A DNA stretch of 64,000 nucleotides. It comes from Antechinus flavipes (taxonomy: Eukaryota). The DNA is taken from NCBI RefSeq assembly GCF_016432865.1, contig NC_067398.1:363506001-363570000 (forward strand), written 5' to 3'. Position numbers and translations under genes: made by a program. Shown piece by piece: positions 14,465 to 27,400 of the stretch (within the stretch, counting starts at the first letter, position 1; every line of letters begins with the position of its first letter). The notes beneath the pieces are model-generated. The model was not told the DNA's origin. It searched no databases and saw nothing but the letters and a program-made list of their open reading frames with translations.

Positions 14465-15316
14465 TAGAAACTTGTTCATCCCATTCATCTGTTATTTGGT
14501 GTTCCAAAAAAGATCTCTTAGGATGATGCCATAATGGTCCAAGTCACCCCCTGGTCACTGGCACAGGATCACAGATTTAGAGATTTAGTGGATATCTAGT
14601 CCAATACCCACATTTAATAGATTAAAAAAAAAACCTGCAGCTCATTGAGTGACTTGTCCATAGTCATCCAACTTATGTCAGAAATGGTCTTCCTCAATCT
14701 AAGCTCAGCAGTTATTCTACTTTGCCACAATACTGTCCCCATCACAAGAGTGAAACTTATGCTCCTCCATTGTATCTATGACCATCTGAGCCCCTCTGTG
14801 ATATGCTAGGGTTGACTCTAAATGGATAACATGTGCGATCATCCTTTGCCTTTACCTTTTCCTAATTATCATTGGCCTTGGCTAATTATTAAGAGGACTC
14901 ACACTTGGCTATCTGTGCGGAGTTATCAATTCTGCTGATTATAGCTGCTCTATCAGTGATCACTGGGACCTTGCATACTTTTCCTTCCCTATCACTATGT
15001 CCATGTCTTTCTTTCTCTCAGGGCAGGGCAGACTCCACTTTGAAGCCAGTCTGGCCTCCCTGATTATTTCTCTCTTCCTAATGCCGTCTTTCAAAGGCAT
15101 GATTACCATTGTGAAAATTTAATTTGCTGTGATGAGATAGTGAGACAGCTACTTGGGGCAGTTCTCCAGTACCCGTAGAGGCCAGTACCTGCTCTATTTA
15201 TATATAAGGTCAACTCTGGAGTAAAACCTGTGAGAAACAAAGAAGAAAGAAAATAGAAAGCCTTGGTCTTCAGATCTTCTCATCAAACAGAGGAGAGAGA
15301 AGCAATGCAAGAATCA

Positions 15317-15699
15317 CAATTATCCCTTTTACATCTTTGAGGTTAGGGGTACAATGTCCCAGAGATCTAGAAAATCCATGTAAAAAAAATTTTTGGTCCT
15401 CTCTTCATACCAGAGAAGATGCATGAATATCTTGTCTTTTTCTTTTGTGGTGTGTTTATAGTGCCTTATTGTAAAATTTGGGTTAAATATTTGGTCATAA
15501 GCTATATTATACAATATTATATGTGTATATATGTATTATGCAATTATGAGTTTCTAAATCTTTCTGTGACATATGCTGGCCTTTGCATTTCATGGAAGCT
15601 TCTGCAAATCTCCTCCCAAATTCCCATTTAATTTTTTATACCATCCCACAATATATCGAAACTGCAGTGGGGAAAATCATAATGTAGAAAAGATAACTG
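15317..15699. mobile_element. Marsupial Tigger-like MITE
   Basis: Degenerate TIRs caattatccctttt...aaaagataactg followed by TA; related copy at ~34015-34290. Confidence 0.6.
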
Positions 15700-16574
15700 T
15701 AGTGTGACCTGCCCTTCTCCCCACCCCTCAAGAAAACAAAAAACAGAATCAAAGAAAATACTCCCTTGGGTAAAGCCTAGTTACCAACCTGAAATTTCTC
15801 TACTTATGCTACATAGAAAGAACCACTTGATTTGAATGGAGAAGACCTGAATTTGAACATCACTTTAGATACTTACCACCTATGTGACTTTGAGTTTCCA
15901 TCTGTAAAATAATCAGGCTGGCCAATATGACCTCTAAGCACTTTTCCACTTTTAAATCATGAATAATAATCTGATTTCGTATCTCCTTTTTAATCCCAGA
16001 AGGATTGAAGCATTATGGCATATTATATTAAATGAAATGTAATTAGACGGTGAATCTAGAGAAAATTGATGTTATAATGTATTTCAAAGTCAAAAATAAG
16101 GAATTTTTGAATTAACTAATAATATTATACATTGTTCATATAACTGCTACCCCTCTCTTGGGGTCTGTTGCTCAAGGGGCTTCGCAGAAGAATTAAATAA
16201 GCCAGTCAATGGATTAGGTCTTTTTTTATTTGGCATATTTAAGGGAAGCCCATACAACTTAACTAGGGAAACTCAAGGGAACCCCGAGGAGGAGGCATAG
16301 ATAGAAAGGACGGCATCTCCTTAGTGAGATGTTTCTAAGTCTGCCAAACTTGAGCAACTTTGGTAGTGTCACCTACACTGAAAATGGGTAATCTCTAGGA
16401 TTCCATCTCCCATGCAGGATAGATTGGTAAAGTGTGGGGAAGGAATGCCTTTAAAGATGTCTCAAGAGAACCTTGAGGCACAATGATCACAGGCTCTGGA
16501 AGTAGTGGGGGCTCAGGGTAGTTTGGTGAGGGAATGATATATTCTTTTTTATGGTAAGCAAGAGATGTATTCTT

Positions 16575-17197
16575 TTTTTATTGAAGCTTTTTATTTTGAA
16601 AACACATGCATGATTTTTGTTTTTCTTCCTGGGTTATTTATACCTTCTGAATTCAATTTTCCCTATGCAACAAGAGAACTGTTCGGTTCTGCAAACATAT
16701 ATTGTATCTAGGATATACTGCAACATATCCAACATATAAAGGACTGCTTGCCATCTAGGGGAGGGGGTGGAAGGAGGGGAAAAAATCGGAACAGAAACGA
16801 GTGCAAGGGATAATGTTGTAAAAAAAATTACCCTGGCATGGATTCTGTCAATATAAAGTAATTATTAAATAAAAATTAAAAAAAAAAAGAAAACACATGC
16901 ATGGATAATTTTTCAACATTGCAAAACCTTGTGTTCCAATTTCCCTCCTTCCCTACCCCTCCCTTAGATGGCATGTAATCCAATATATGCTAAACATGTT
17001 AAAATATATGTTAAATCCAATATATGTATACATATTTATACAAGTATCTTCCTGTATAAGAAAAATCAGATCAAAAAGGAAAAAAATGAGAAAGAAAACA
17101 AAGTGCAAGCAAACAACAACAAAAAGAGTGAAAATGCTATGTTGTGATCCACCTTCAGTTCCCACAATCCTCTCTCTGGGTGCAGATGGCTCTCTTC
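16575..17197 (-). mobile_element. Older L1 3' UTR fragment (minus), interrupted by the young L1
   Basis: Reverse complement resembles the 3' UTR of the full-length L1 at 51530-51950. Confidence 0.8.
16613..16888 (+). mobile_element. Young 5'-truncated L1 3' end with poly(A), nested in an older L1
   Basis: 15-bp TSD GAAAACACATGCATG at 16598-16612 and 16889-16903; G-rich L1 3' UTR and A tail. Confidence 0.85.
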
Positions 17198-20100
17198 AAG
17201 TATGATATATATATATATATCATAGCAAATTCTCAGTAGGATTCCTGGATCCATCTTGATAGTGTGCCTAAAGGCATTTCAGGAATCATGGCAATGCAGG
17301 GACTTTGTAAGGAAGGGTAGTCGCCTACATAAGCATGGTTCTTTGATTTTCTGCTCCTGAGATTACAGGCGAGGATGAACCCATAAATTAAGTAACTGGA
17401 AAGCTTCTGTACTAGAAGGTTCCAGATGTAGAAGATGTTACAATGGGAGAAGATCCAGTAAAAAGACAGTGTAATATAAAAGAGGAGGAGACTAGGCAGG
17501 AGAAAAAGATGTGGCCAAAGCAGAGATTCCCTGTGGACAGAGACAGATCATTGGAAAATTCCAGACTGCAACATTTTTCATTGGCACAGAGAACTGACCT
17601 TGTAGATAAGCATTTATAAGATAGATTGCATTTTAGCAAAGATGGCTAAAATTCTTTAAAACAAATTCCATTTTTCATTGACCTCTCTTTTGAAATCAAA
17701 GATGCATTTCCACTTGAAAATTCCCTAATAAATTGAAATTAACACTTTTATCTAGAAAGGGAGTAAGATATGATCAAGGTATGCTGGGTTTTGAGGTACA
17801 TGAGTATCTGTTGGGAGTTCTTTGTCTACTTTGGAGCAACTCCAGATTAATTGGCCTCTGTGGCTTCCCTGTTTGGAACAGAGGGATTTCTCCTTTGCCA
17901 GGGAAATACTTAACTATACACTCATAGTTCCCAGAACTCAGCTATCCTTCTCTCTTTGTTTGGTTATTTATGGCAGCTTACAGAGCTTGGCTGCAATCAC
18001 TTTATCCACCTAATGCCCCATATAACACACAAGAGAAGACAGATTAAACATTTCTTACGTTTGAAACTTGGAATTATGTAAAATGAATCAGTATTCTATT
18101 GTCAATGCATTCTGCAGATTCAAAATTGTCATGATCTGGTCCAGTTAAGATGAAGAATGAATAGAACAGCATCAGAGACAATAGTGTAGTTGAACTCTCA
18201 ATCAGTAAGGTCTGGATGCAAATCCTTCCCTTAATCCATACTCTTTTCATTCCCCATCTCTAAAATGAGAGGGTTGGATAAGATGGCTGTTGTGGTCCTA
18301 CCTAGCTCCAAATCTATGCCCCTTTGAATTACAACCATAGATGTATTTCTGTGCACATATACACATACATGTATATAATACATATGTGTTAGTGTATAGC
18401 TATATATATGTGTGCTTTTGTACACATACATGTATGTACTGGAGGGTTTCAGGAGTAATTACATTGATTAACACAGGCTTTAAAACATAGAGGAAATATT
18501 TACCAGCTCATAGTTTATTTTCACCCTTCCTTTTCCCCAGGAGCCACCCAGATAGTAAAATAAATGAAAGCAGCTTTCTTTACTGCTTGCCCAGCAGAAA
18601 TTATTATTCCCCATAGATAAGTAGGCAAAAGACCATCATATTTGAATATTAGATATTGTAAGCTCTTGTTAATCAGACTGTACTGTAATTTTTTTAATTA
18701 AAGGACAAATAAAAGGCTCTGATACTTACCCATCTGTTTAAAATCTTTTCCTGGTAAAGCCTACCACTACAATTATCTTTAACCCTCTGCAGTAAACTGG
18801 TCAAGATATAGCTCTTGCCAGACAGGTGTAGGGGTCCTTATGGGATCCCAATAAGAACTCCATGCTCTTTGAGAACTTCCGAGCAGATGGAATTTAAATC
18901 ACTTGAACAAAGATGCTTTTGGTCCAGGAGATTGATTACCTGTTAGTTACTTGTAAAAAAAAAAAAAAAAGCAGAGATAATGCTCTGCAAAACTGTAAAA
19001 GTTTGTTTTGAGCACTTCTTCTTCCTCTCTTCCACCTCCCCAGACTTTTCATCCCTTTCCTCTCTAATAGGTATTCTAGAACTTTTGGGTCTTTAGGATT
19101 CCTCTGGTCAGTAATATGTTGAGATATTGCCTCCTTTCCAATGTTATTGTTTTATTTTTTTTAAGATCTTGGAAAAGATAATACTTAAATCTCAAGAGAC
19201 TGGCAGAATAATGGGATTTCAGGCACTGTGACACCTTGCTGATGAAACTGTTTCTGGGCAGTGCAGGGCATCCCCCAAATCATCATGCAGCTGACCACTT
19301 AATCTGTTTATGCATAAGGATGATTATAAAAGCAAAAGCTTATTGTTATTTTTATTATTTGAATATTTACATTTGTAGTAGATCCTGCTTCATTTGGTCA
19401 CAATTTTGGCCAAATTGATGAAAGTCAGACACCTTTTGGTGTTCTTCATTTTGTAAAACAATAACATGTATAACTTTCTGAAAGTTTCATGAAAATTAAA
19501 TTTCTCATCAATGGGATCTTATTTTCTTGTTGACATCATTCTCATTCTGAATTGTTGGATCTTCTTTTATCTCTGAGAGACCTTCAGGGTATGTGGCTCT
19601 TCAGCATGTCTACATTTAATTTCTATGTCTCATCTCTTTTATACCACTACATCTTATAGTGTTGGCAAGGGTAGACGGTAGCACTGACCTGGAAATCAGG
19701 AGACCTTGGGTCTATACCTACTACTAATTGATTGGGGGAATCATTTCTTTTCATAGAACCTCACTATCTTCAATGGAAAAGGGGGAGTATTGAATTCTGT
19801 GACTTCTTCAGATTCTTTCATACTCTAAAATCCCATGATTTCAATTAATGGATTAGACATTTACTCATAATCAAAGTGGTCTTCTTCTTTTAAACACGTC
19901 CCAAAGCATGAAGTTTTCTTTCCATTGACTTAGTTCAAAGATAGACATTTTCATGTATCATGGTGAGATCTAACTGGAAAAGCTCAGTCAGTGAAAGCTT
20001 GACTCAAAATTCCTATGAATATAGAAGGGCTCCCTACCAGCCTTGTATTCAGGGACAGATCCCTTCTTTTTCCCCCCTTACTGAACTTAATGAGAGATCA

Positions 20101-21092
20101 TTCGTCAGTTGCTACCAAATGCTTCTTCTACCTGAGAGCCAGGCTTCTCTTTGAACAAACTGATTCTTATACGGAGGGATTATTTATGGGGGGGGGAAGG
20201 GGTACCGTTTTTTAATCTCTTTTTGTACCTCTCCACTCCCACCCCATCTCTACTGAGGAGGAGTTAATTGGACTCATGATGTCTCATTTGTTTCCTGGAA
20301 TCTCAACATACGAGATCAGGTCAGAGGGTATAATCAACCCCCAATAACAAATTAAAATAGCTCTTTTGACACAATATGCTGTGCTGATCTTCCCAGTGGG
20401 CCCACACGGTTCTTTGTGCTGATGACTTCTATGCCTTTAGCAAGGATTATTTTACAGTTTATTTAAAAGTGACCGAGAGGACTGGGGAGTGCTGTGCTGA
20501 ATGCCAACCTCATCTATAGCACAGTTTGCTTTTTTTAGAAAGGCCAAACAATGAGAACTGGGAGGAGTATCTTTGGAGCATAACAGCAGCCTATTGAAAT
20601 GAATGTATCTCATGTCCTTCTTGCCATCCCCTTCCCCTTTTCCTTTGCTCTTGACCCTTTCTTTCCTTCCTCAAGCATATACCTAGTATGTGCCCAGCCC
20701 TGTGCCAAGCTGGAGAATATAAGAACCACAAAAGACTGGTTCTTTTCTGCAAGGAATTTATAAATTGCTTGGAAAGGGAGAACAAACATATAAGAAACAA
20801 CTGGGGGAAAATGCATAACTGTGTAAAATCATAAAGTAGAATAAAAACCAACCAGTTCTGTGTGTGTGCACTCAGAAAAGGGAAGGTGAATGTAGGCTGG
20901 GGGTGCTCAGGAAAAACTTCATGGAGGAGGTAAGACTTGAATTGGTTTTTGAAAAATAGTTAACATTTGGAGAGGGAGAGGGGACGAAGAGGGGCAGTGG
21001 CGGGGAGAGGGGGAACTCTAGCGTAAAGAATCTTGAAGAGGGAAGGTAAGGGCTTTCCCACAGAGCAGAAAGAAGAGAATTCATTTTGACAG

Positions 21093-21253
21093 TGGCCCAG
21101 TATCGAGTGACCCTGTGTACAGGAAACGTTGAAGGAGCAGGGACAAATGCCCAAACCTTTGTCTGCCTCTTTGGTGATGCGGGAGATACCGGGGAACGCA
21201 ATCTGAATAGCATCATCTGCAGGAACAACACTGATATATGTCAAAAAGGCAAT
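21093..21253 (+). CDS. LOXHD1: LOXHD1 exon (161 nt, phase 1-0), [53 protein letters not shown]
   Basis: ttttgacag acceptor, AAT|gtaagt donor, GAGT.A and GDTGER motifs. Confidence 0.93.
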
Positions 21254-22968
21254 GTAAGTATCAAAATATTTCCTACTCTCTTTTCCCTAGACTGTTTCTT
21301 CCTCCTTGTATTTTAGAATGATGACATTCTTGTTGCTGGGTAAAATGAGAGGGATTGAGTCACATTCCCTGGATAAGAAGAAATCCCATTGAAAGCAGTC
21401 CTCTGTATACCACAGTAGAGTGTGAATTCAACAGAGCCTTGGGGCCTAGAATTGGAGATAGAGACTTGAAAGGGACCCCAGAGGCCATCTAGTCTGATTA
21501 CCTCATTTTGAAGATGAGGAAACTGAGGTCCAGGGAATTCAAATCACTTATTCAAATTCAAACAGCTTGTAAATTGTATCATTTGGCTTCAAATTCAGGT
21601 CATCCAGCACCAAATTCACTCTTTCTATTGCATCATGCTTCCTTTTTGTGTTGCCTGTTAGGAGGAATTAGGGGAAGGTGAAGGAGACACTGTAAGATCT
21701 CCTGAATTTGAAAAGGAAAATGGATTTGAGAGAAAAGCAACTGGCCTTTTTGGTTAGCCGAGTAGGCTCTGGCTACTTGGTGCAATTTTGAGGAACTCCA
21801 CAATTGACACTCCATGCCCTTCGGAGTTCTTTTTACTTGTATACCCTAATTAGGGATTGGGAGGATCAAAAGAGATCTCTGAAAAGCTTTTGGAATCATA
21901 AAGCACCATAAAAACAGGAAGCTTGGTGGTGCTGTGTAAAGGATGCTGAATTTGGAATCATGTGATCTCACTTTGAATCCTGTCTGTACAACTTATTCTC
22001 TATGCGATCTTGAATAAATTTTTTAACACCTTCCAGCCAGTTTCCTAATCTGTAAAGTGAGAAGGGTTTGGACTAGATTGTCCCCAACCTCCTTCAGCAA
22101 TTAGATGAAATCCCAGGTAAAATGGAACTAGTATCATTATTCTACTTGTCCCATAGAACTGAGAATGCCTATGAGCATGACCAATGGGCTTTAGAAATGT
22201 GGGCTACTTATTGTATAATTAGAACTCTTACCACTCTCTTTTCTCTTTCTCCACTCTCTTTTATCTTTAAGGGTATCAAAGGAACACTGACTAGGAGTAG
22301 GTGAGAGATGAAAATGTGATGGAAGAGTTATGAAAGATTTTTTTTTTCTCTGAGGACTAGTCTAGGTTACACGCCTCATATGGATGATTTTTTCAGTCCC
22401 TTAAGGATCTGAAGTGGTATTGGTTTGGGGCTACATTTTGAAGGTTTTATCAACTCAACACATCATCTTCAAAAATTGCTGTAGCAAGAAAAAATTATCA
22501 CTCTTTAACCACCTTAATGCAAGACCTCTCTGAATGGAGCTTGACCAACCCTTGGATACTATCACTAGGATCATACTGGGAATCTTTGGTGAGACCTTCC
22601 AGTTATTGGGCTTTGATGGTATCATCTTAAAAACCCAAGATTCCCTCCACTTCACAATGAAATCTTAAATAAAAATAATAAAAATAAAAAAATAAAAAAA
22701 TAAAATAATAATAATAAATATTATATCTCACATTAATGGCAGATATTGTAGGTACTATGACAAATAGGGGAAATGCTTTGGGGGAAGAGGCTCTTCTTGG
22801 TATCCCCCAACTCATGCCATTTAAGTGGTTATTTATCTTTATGTGTAAGGTTATCCTTAATCATTAAGACTAGCTATTTTTCTTTAGAATCTGGGGAAGT
22901 AAAGCTAGGGAGAATATAAAGGGACAATTCCAATATAACTTGCTTTGCTATTTTTTTCCTTGGGTTAG

Positions 22969-23129
22969 GCAGATGAATATACCATTGAAGCAGTTACCCT
23001 GAGAAAAGTGAAAAGAGTCAGAGTTGGGCATGATGGCAAAGGAGGGAGCAGCGGCTGGTACCTGGAACGAGTGTTAGTAAGAGAAGAAGGGCAGCCAGAG
23101 AGTGATAATGTGGAATTCCCATGTAACAG
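22969..23129 (+). CDS. LOXHD1: LOXHD1 exon (161 nt, phase 0-2), [53 protein letters not shown]
   Basis: tttcc..ggttag acceptor, AG|gtatga donor. Not in the + strand ORF track; translated by hand. Confidence 0.95.
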
Positions 23130-23715
23130 GTATGAAAACACCAACCTGTCTTATTGCTGACTTTTCTATTCCTCTGGGATGGGAGCTGGACTTCTGATTC
23201 CATTGGTGTTGGATACTCTGGATTAAAAAAAAAAAAAAAAACAACTTGTTCTATTAGAGTAAGCTGATACTTTCTTTGTAACATGTAGTCTCAAAAAGAT
23301 GCCCAGAGCCTAAAGTTAGCAGTTTTGCTCAGGGTCACACACCTCACTCACTATGGGTCAGATTTGCCTTTTTCAATTAGCTAGGAGGTGATTTCACACT
23401 GGGTTTTTTCCCTAAGCAATTATATCAGAGCTATTTCCCAGATGATGCCCATTCATGGCAATAATCTTAGGCTCCATGATTTGGGGAAGGTATGGGAAGT
23501 TGAGCCTGCTGTTTGGACCAAGCAAGGAAGCAGCAAGAGGAGTATTTGGTTAGTTTTTGAGGCAATTGGGGTAAAGGGATTTGCACAGGGTCTTACAGTT
23601 AGAAAGCATTAGGTGTCTGCCACTGGATTTGAACTCCTGAGTTCAGATCCAGTGCTCTATCTACTACATCTTCTAAGAGGAGCATTTTGTTTTGTTTTGT
23701 TTTGTTTTGTTTTGA

Positions 23716-24400
23716 CTTTACTTTTTAATAGTATTTTATTTTTCAAAAAACATACAAAGATACTTTTCAGCATTCACCTTTGCTAAACCTTATATATCAA
23801 TTTTTTCTTCCTTTCTCCTTTCCTTTCTCCTCACCCAAATAGCAAGCAATCCAATTTAGGTTAAACATGTGCAATTCTTCTAAACATATTTTGATATTCA
23901 TCATTCTGCCCAAGAAAAATCAGATCAAAATGGAAAAAAAAAACATGAGAAAGAAATAAAAACCAAGCAAACAAACAACATCAACAAGGTGTAAATACTA
24001 TGCTTTGATTCGCATCCAGTCCCTATAATCCTCTCTCTGGATGCTCATGGTACTTTCCATCACAAGTCTATTGGAATTGCCTTGAATTACCTCATTGTTC
24101 AAAACAGCTGTCCATCATAGTTGATCATCACATAATTTTGTTGTTATTATACATAATGTTCTCTTTGTTCTATTCACTTTACTCAGCATCAGTTCATGTA
24201 AGTCTTTCTAGGTTTTTCTGAAATCAGTCTGTTCATTATTTCTTATAGAACAATAATATTCAATAACATTCATATACCATAACTTATTCAGTCATTCCCC
24301 AAATGATGGGCATCCACTCAATTTCCAATTTCTTGCTATTACAAAAAGGGCTGCTGCAAATGCTTTTGTACATATGGATCCTTTTCCCTCTTTTATGATC
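23716..24400 (-). mobile_element. L1 3' end fragment
   Basis: Reverse complement of L1 ORF2 end and 3' UTR (atccactcaatttcca, cagcatcagttcatgtaagtc). Confidence 0.75.
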
Positions 24401-27400
24401 CCAAGAGTATTTGAAGAGGAATTTGATATAGTGGACAGAGCTTTAAATTTGGAGTTTTGGAGCTTTGGTTTTATATCTCAGTTGTTTATTAACCTATAGG
24501 ACTTTGGAGAAGTCACCCCTCCTTGAGCTTAGTTTGGTGTGAAATGAAGATAAAATGATCTCTAAGGTCTCTTAAGTTCAAAATTCAATTAAGTAGGTTG
24601 CTTCTGTCAAATTAGAAAAAGTCTGAAGTTCATTATGATCCATGGCAGCTGAGAACTTTGTCTTACACTTCAATTAAAAAAAATTGAGATCACTTATTGA
24701 GAACTCCATCTTCTCTCTTTTTATCATACTACAGTTAGTTCCATTAGAATGGAAGTTCCTTGATGTCAGAGATTAGCTTTTGCCTTTCTTTGTTTTTTTT
24801 TTTTAATATAGCTTATTAAGTAGGCACTTAATAAATGCTTGTTTACTAACAAGTCATTTAACTTCAATTTCTACATCTGGAAAATGGGAGTTGAGTGGAG
24901 GTTATTGCTAGCTCAAGAGTTTATATATAACCTGTGATTATCCAAAGTGGGAGCTGAGGCTCCAAAATTCTACAATTTACTTTTATTCATGAGCATGAAA
25001 TTCCTTTAAAGAAATAGATTTTTTTTTAAAATCTTGATGAGAAGCATGGGGATAGTATTGGCCAGCTTAGGACTCAAGAGGGTTTTAAATGACATGGGGA
25101 AGAATATAAAGTGGCTCAGTAGTAGGTTGCATATGGGTATGTGTGTGTGTATACGCTTTTGTGAGCTCAGGGAAAGAGTAATAAATTTGCAGCCAGGCTG
25201 TTATGTAGGCTAATGTATATAGCAACATCTCACTCTCTGAAATTGGACAGAAGTGTTCTGAGCTGGAGGGGAAATGCTGGATTTGGAAAGGGCTATTAAT
25301 ATCACAAGAGCCCTTAAGTGGATATGAAATGACACGTCATGCTTTCGGCCAGGAATAGTTTCCTTTCACTAGGGGATAGGAGGTGGGGAAGGGGCTGAAA
25401 GGAGAGGTTGTTTCTGACAGAAAATGGGGGATCTGTGCTGATTCTCTTTCTCTTTCCTTTCTCTATCAAAATATAGCTGGTCAAGATTTGTGCTCAGTTC
25501 AGCCATGTGGGAACTCTAATTATCTTTAGGTTTGGCCTTAGGACTAAGTGAAAGTTGTAGAACCCTAAGTGACATTATTTGACAGGTGCTGAGCAGCAAT
25601 CCCCACCCCCCCTTTAAATATCTTCCCCTGTAGCTCAATGATGTGTGAAATTCATTCATTTCTTTGAGTCTTGATGGCTTTTCAGTCATCTAAAGAAATA
25701 GTGATACTCCAACCCCCAGGAGAAGTAGCACCTTAACCCCTTAGCAGCTAACACCTTAGTAAGATTTAGTTAACAGCCAGCTGAGAGTAAGGTCTTGGAA
25801 AAAGAAAATACTTGATGGTGGTTGGAAAGAATCCGTGAGGACTGAGAAATCAGGCAGAACTTTGTTTTAGTGTCAGGAGATTGTAAACTGTGATTGTAGG
25901 ACCATGCCCTGTGTATATTTGTATCACAGAATCATAGACTGTTAACATTATCACAGGCGGCAGCTCAGATATCATCTTGGATAGGAGTTCTTAGTCTTTT
26001 TTGTATTATAGATTTCTTTGGTGAGCAGTGAAAACTGTGGACCCCTTTTTAGAATAATGTTTTTAAAAGCACAAAATAAAATACATTGAATTACAAAAGA
26101 AACCAAAAGTTAGTGAAAATAAAACTCTTATTTTTGTCCTATCCAAGATCTTGGATCCCCTGAAATTTTAGTTTTGTTGCAAGACAGTTGGGGTTAAATG
26201 ACCTTGCCCAGGATCATACAGCTAGTAAGCATCAAGTATCTGAAGCTGGATTTGAACTTAGATTCTCCTGACTCCAGGGCCAGTGTTTTACCTACTATGC
26301 CATCTAACTGCCTTGATCCCATGAAATCTTAAACCCAGATTGAGAACCCTTATTCTATTGCAACCCCACTTCATTGATAGGTAAAGAAACTGAATCCCTG
26401 AAGGAGCCCAATCCTGGAATCGGAAGTACCTGCTTGTAAACTACATGGCCTTAAGCAAAGAATTTAGTCCTGCTTGCCTCAGTTTCCTCATCTGTGAAAT
26501 GAGCTGGAGAATGAAATGGCAAACTACTCTGGTATTTTTGTCAAATGGGGTCAGAAAGAGCTGGAAGTGACTGCAATAACGACAAAGGTTAAAGGCAGCC
26601 TCCAGGACTCTGGTCTTTTCAGTCAAAATCCAGGCTTCTTCTTAATATAGAATGCATAACGACTAGAAGATACTTTATATGTTTGTCAAATGGATAAATG
26701 AATTTTGAAGATGAAAAGCATCCTCATATAATGAAAAGATTATTGAGTCAAAAGATATGCTGTGTTCAAATCCCAAGACTACCATTTGCAGGCTGGGTAA
26801 CTTTAGACAAGTTACTCTCTTAAAGTCTAAATCTTAGTTTCCTCATCTGTAAAGCAGAGGTAATAATATTTGAATGATGTATTTCATAGGATCATGAGGA
26901 AAATGCTTTGCAAACCTTAAAACAGTATGAGAATTCAAGCTATTTAAGTAGGATTACCAAGCACTCTGTACTAGGAACTGACAAATTGTCATGGACTTCA
27001 TTAATGAATCTCAAAACAAGGAGTTAGTTTTCCACTAAGAGTATTGCTAAATTTTGATGGGGGAACTTCTTGTCCAGGGTTATGCAACCCTGTAGGGAAG
27101 ACTTTGGAAGTGGACTAGGAGGTCTCAGGTGAGGGAGAAGTCTTTGGGAGGGGGGTTTTGTTTACATAAGCCTCAATACACTTGAGGGATAGAATGATCA
27201 GATGCCTCATGTCTAAAAACTGCTCTTAGGTTCTGTCTCAGGAGACAAATAGCTCCGAGGCTGAACTAACCAGCTGCAATTTCTCAGAACTATGGGATTA
27301 GCAGGCAGCTAGGATCACCAATCATTCTAATTATACACAAATATAAGAAGGATCTATGACTTTATCAAGTGTGGAGAACTCCCAGGGAAGAGATCAACCA

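Larger units (their letters stand above)
16140..17330 (-). mobile_element. Possible solo LTR interrupted by the L1 fragments
   Basis: GC-richer unique-looking block on both sides of the L1 insert with LTR-like composition; family not identified. Confidence 0.3.

Noticed and set aside
22340-22660. Coding-looking minus-strand stretch (EDDVFELIKPSKCSPKPIPLQILK)
   Set aside because: Stop-riddled; probably an ancient CR1/L2-clade LINE remnant, and the family cannot be supported without a search.
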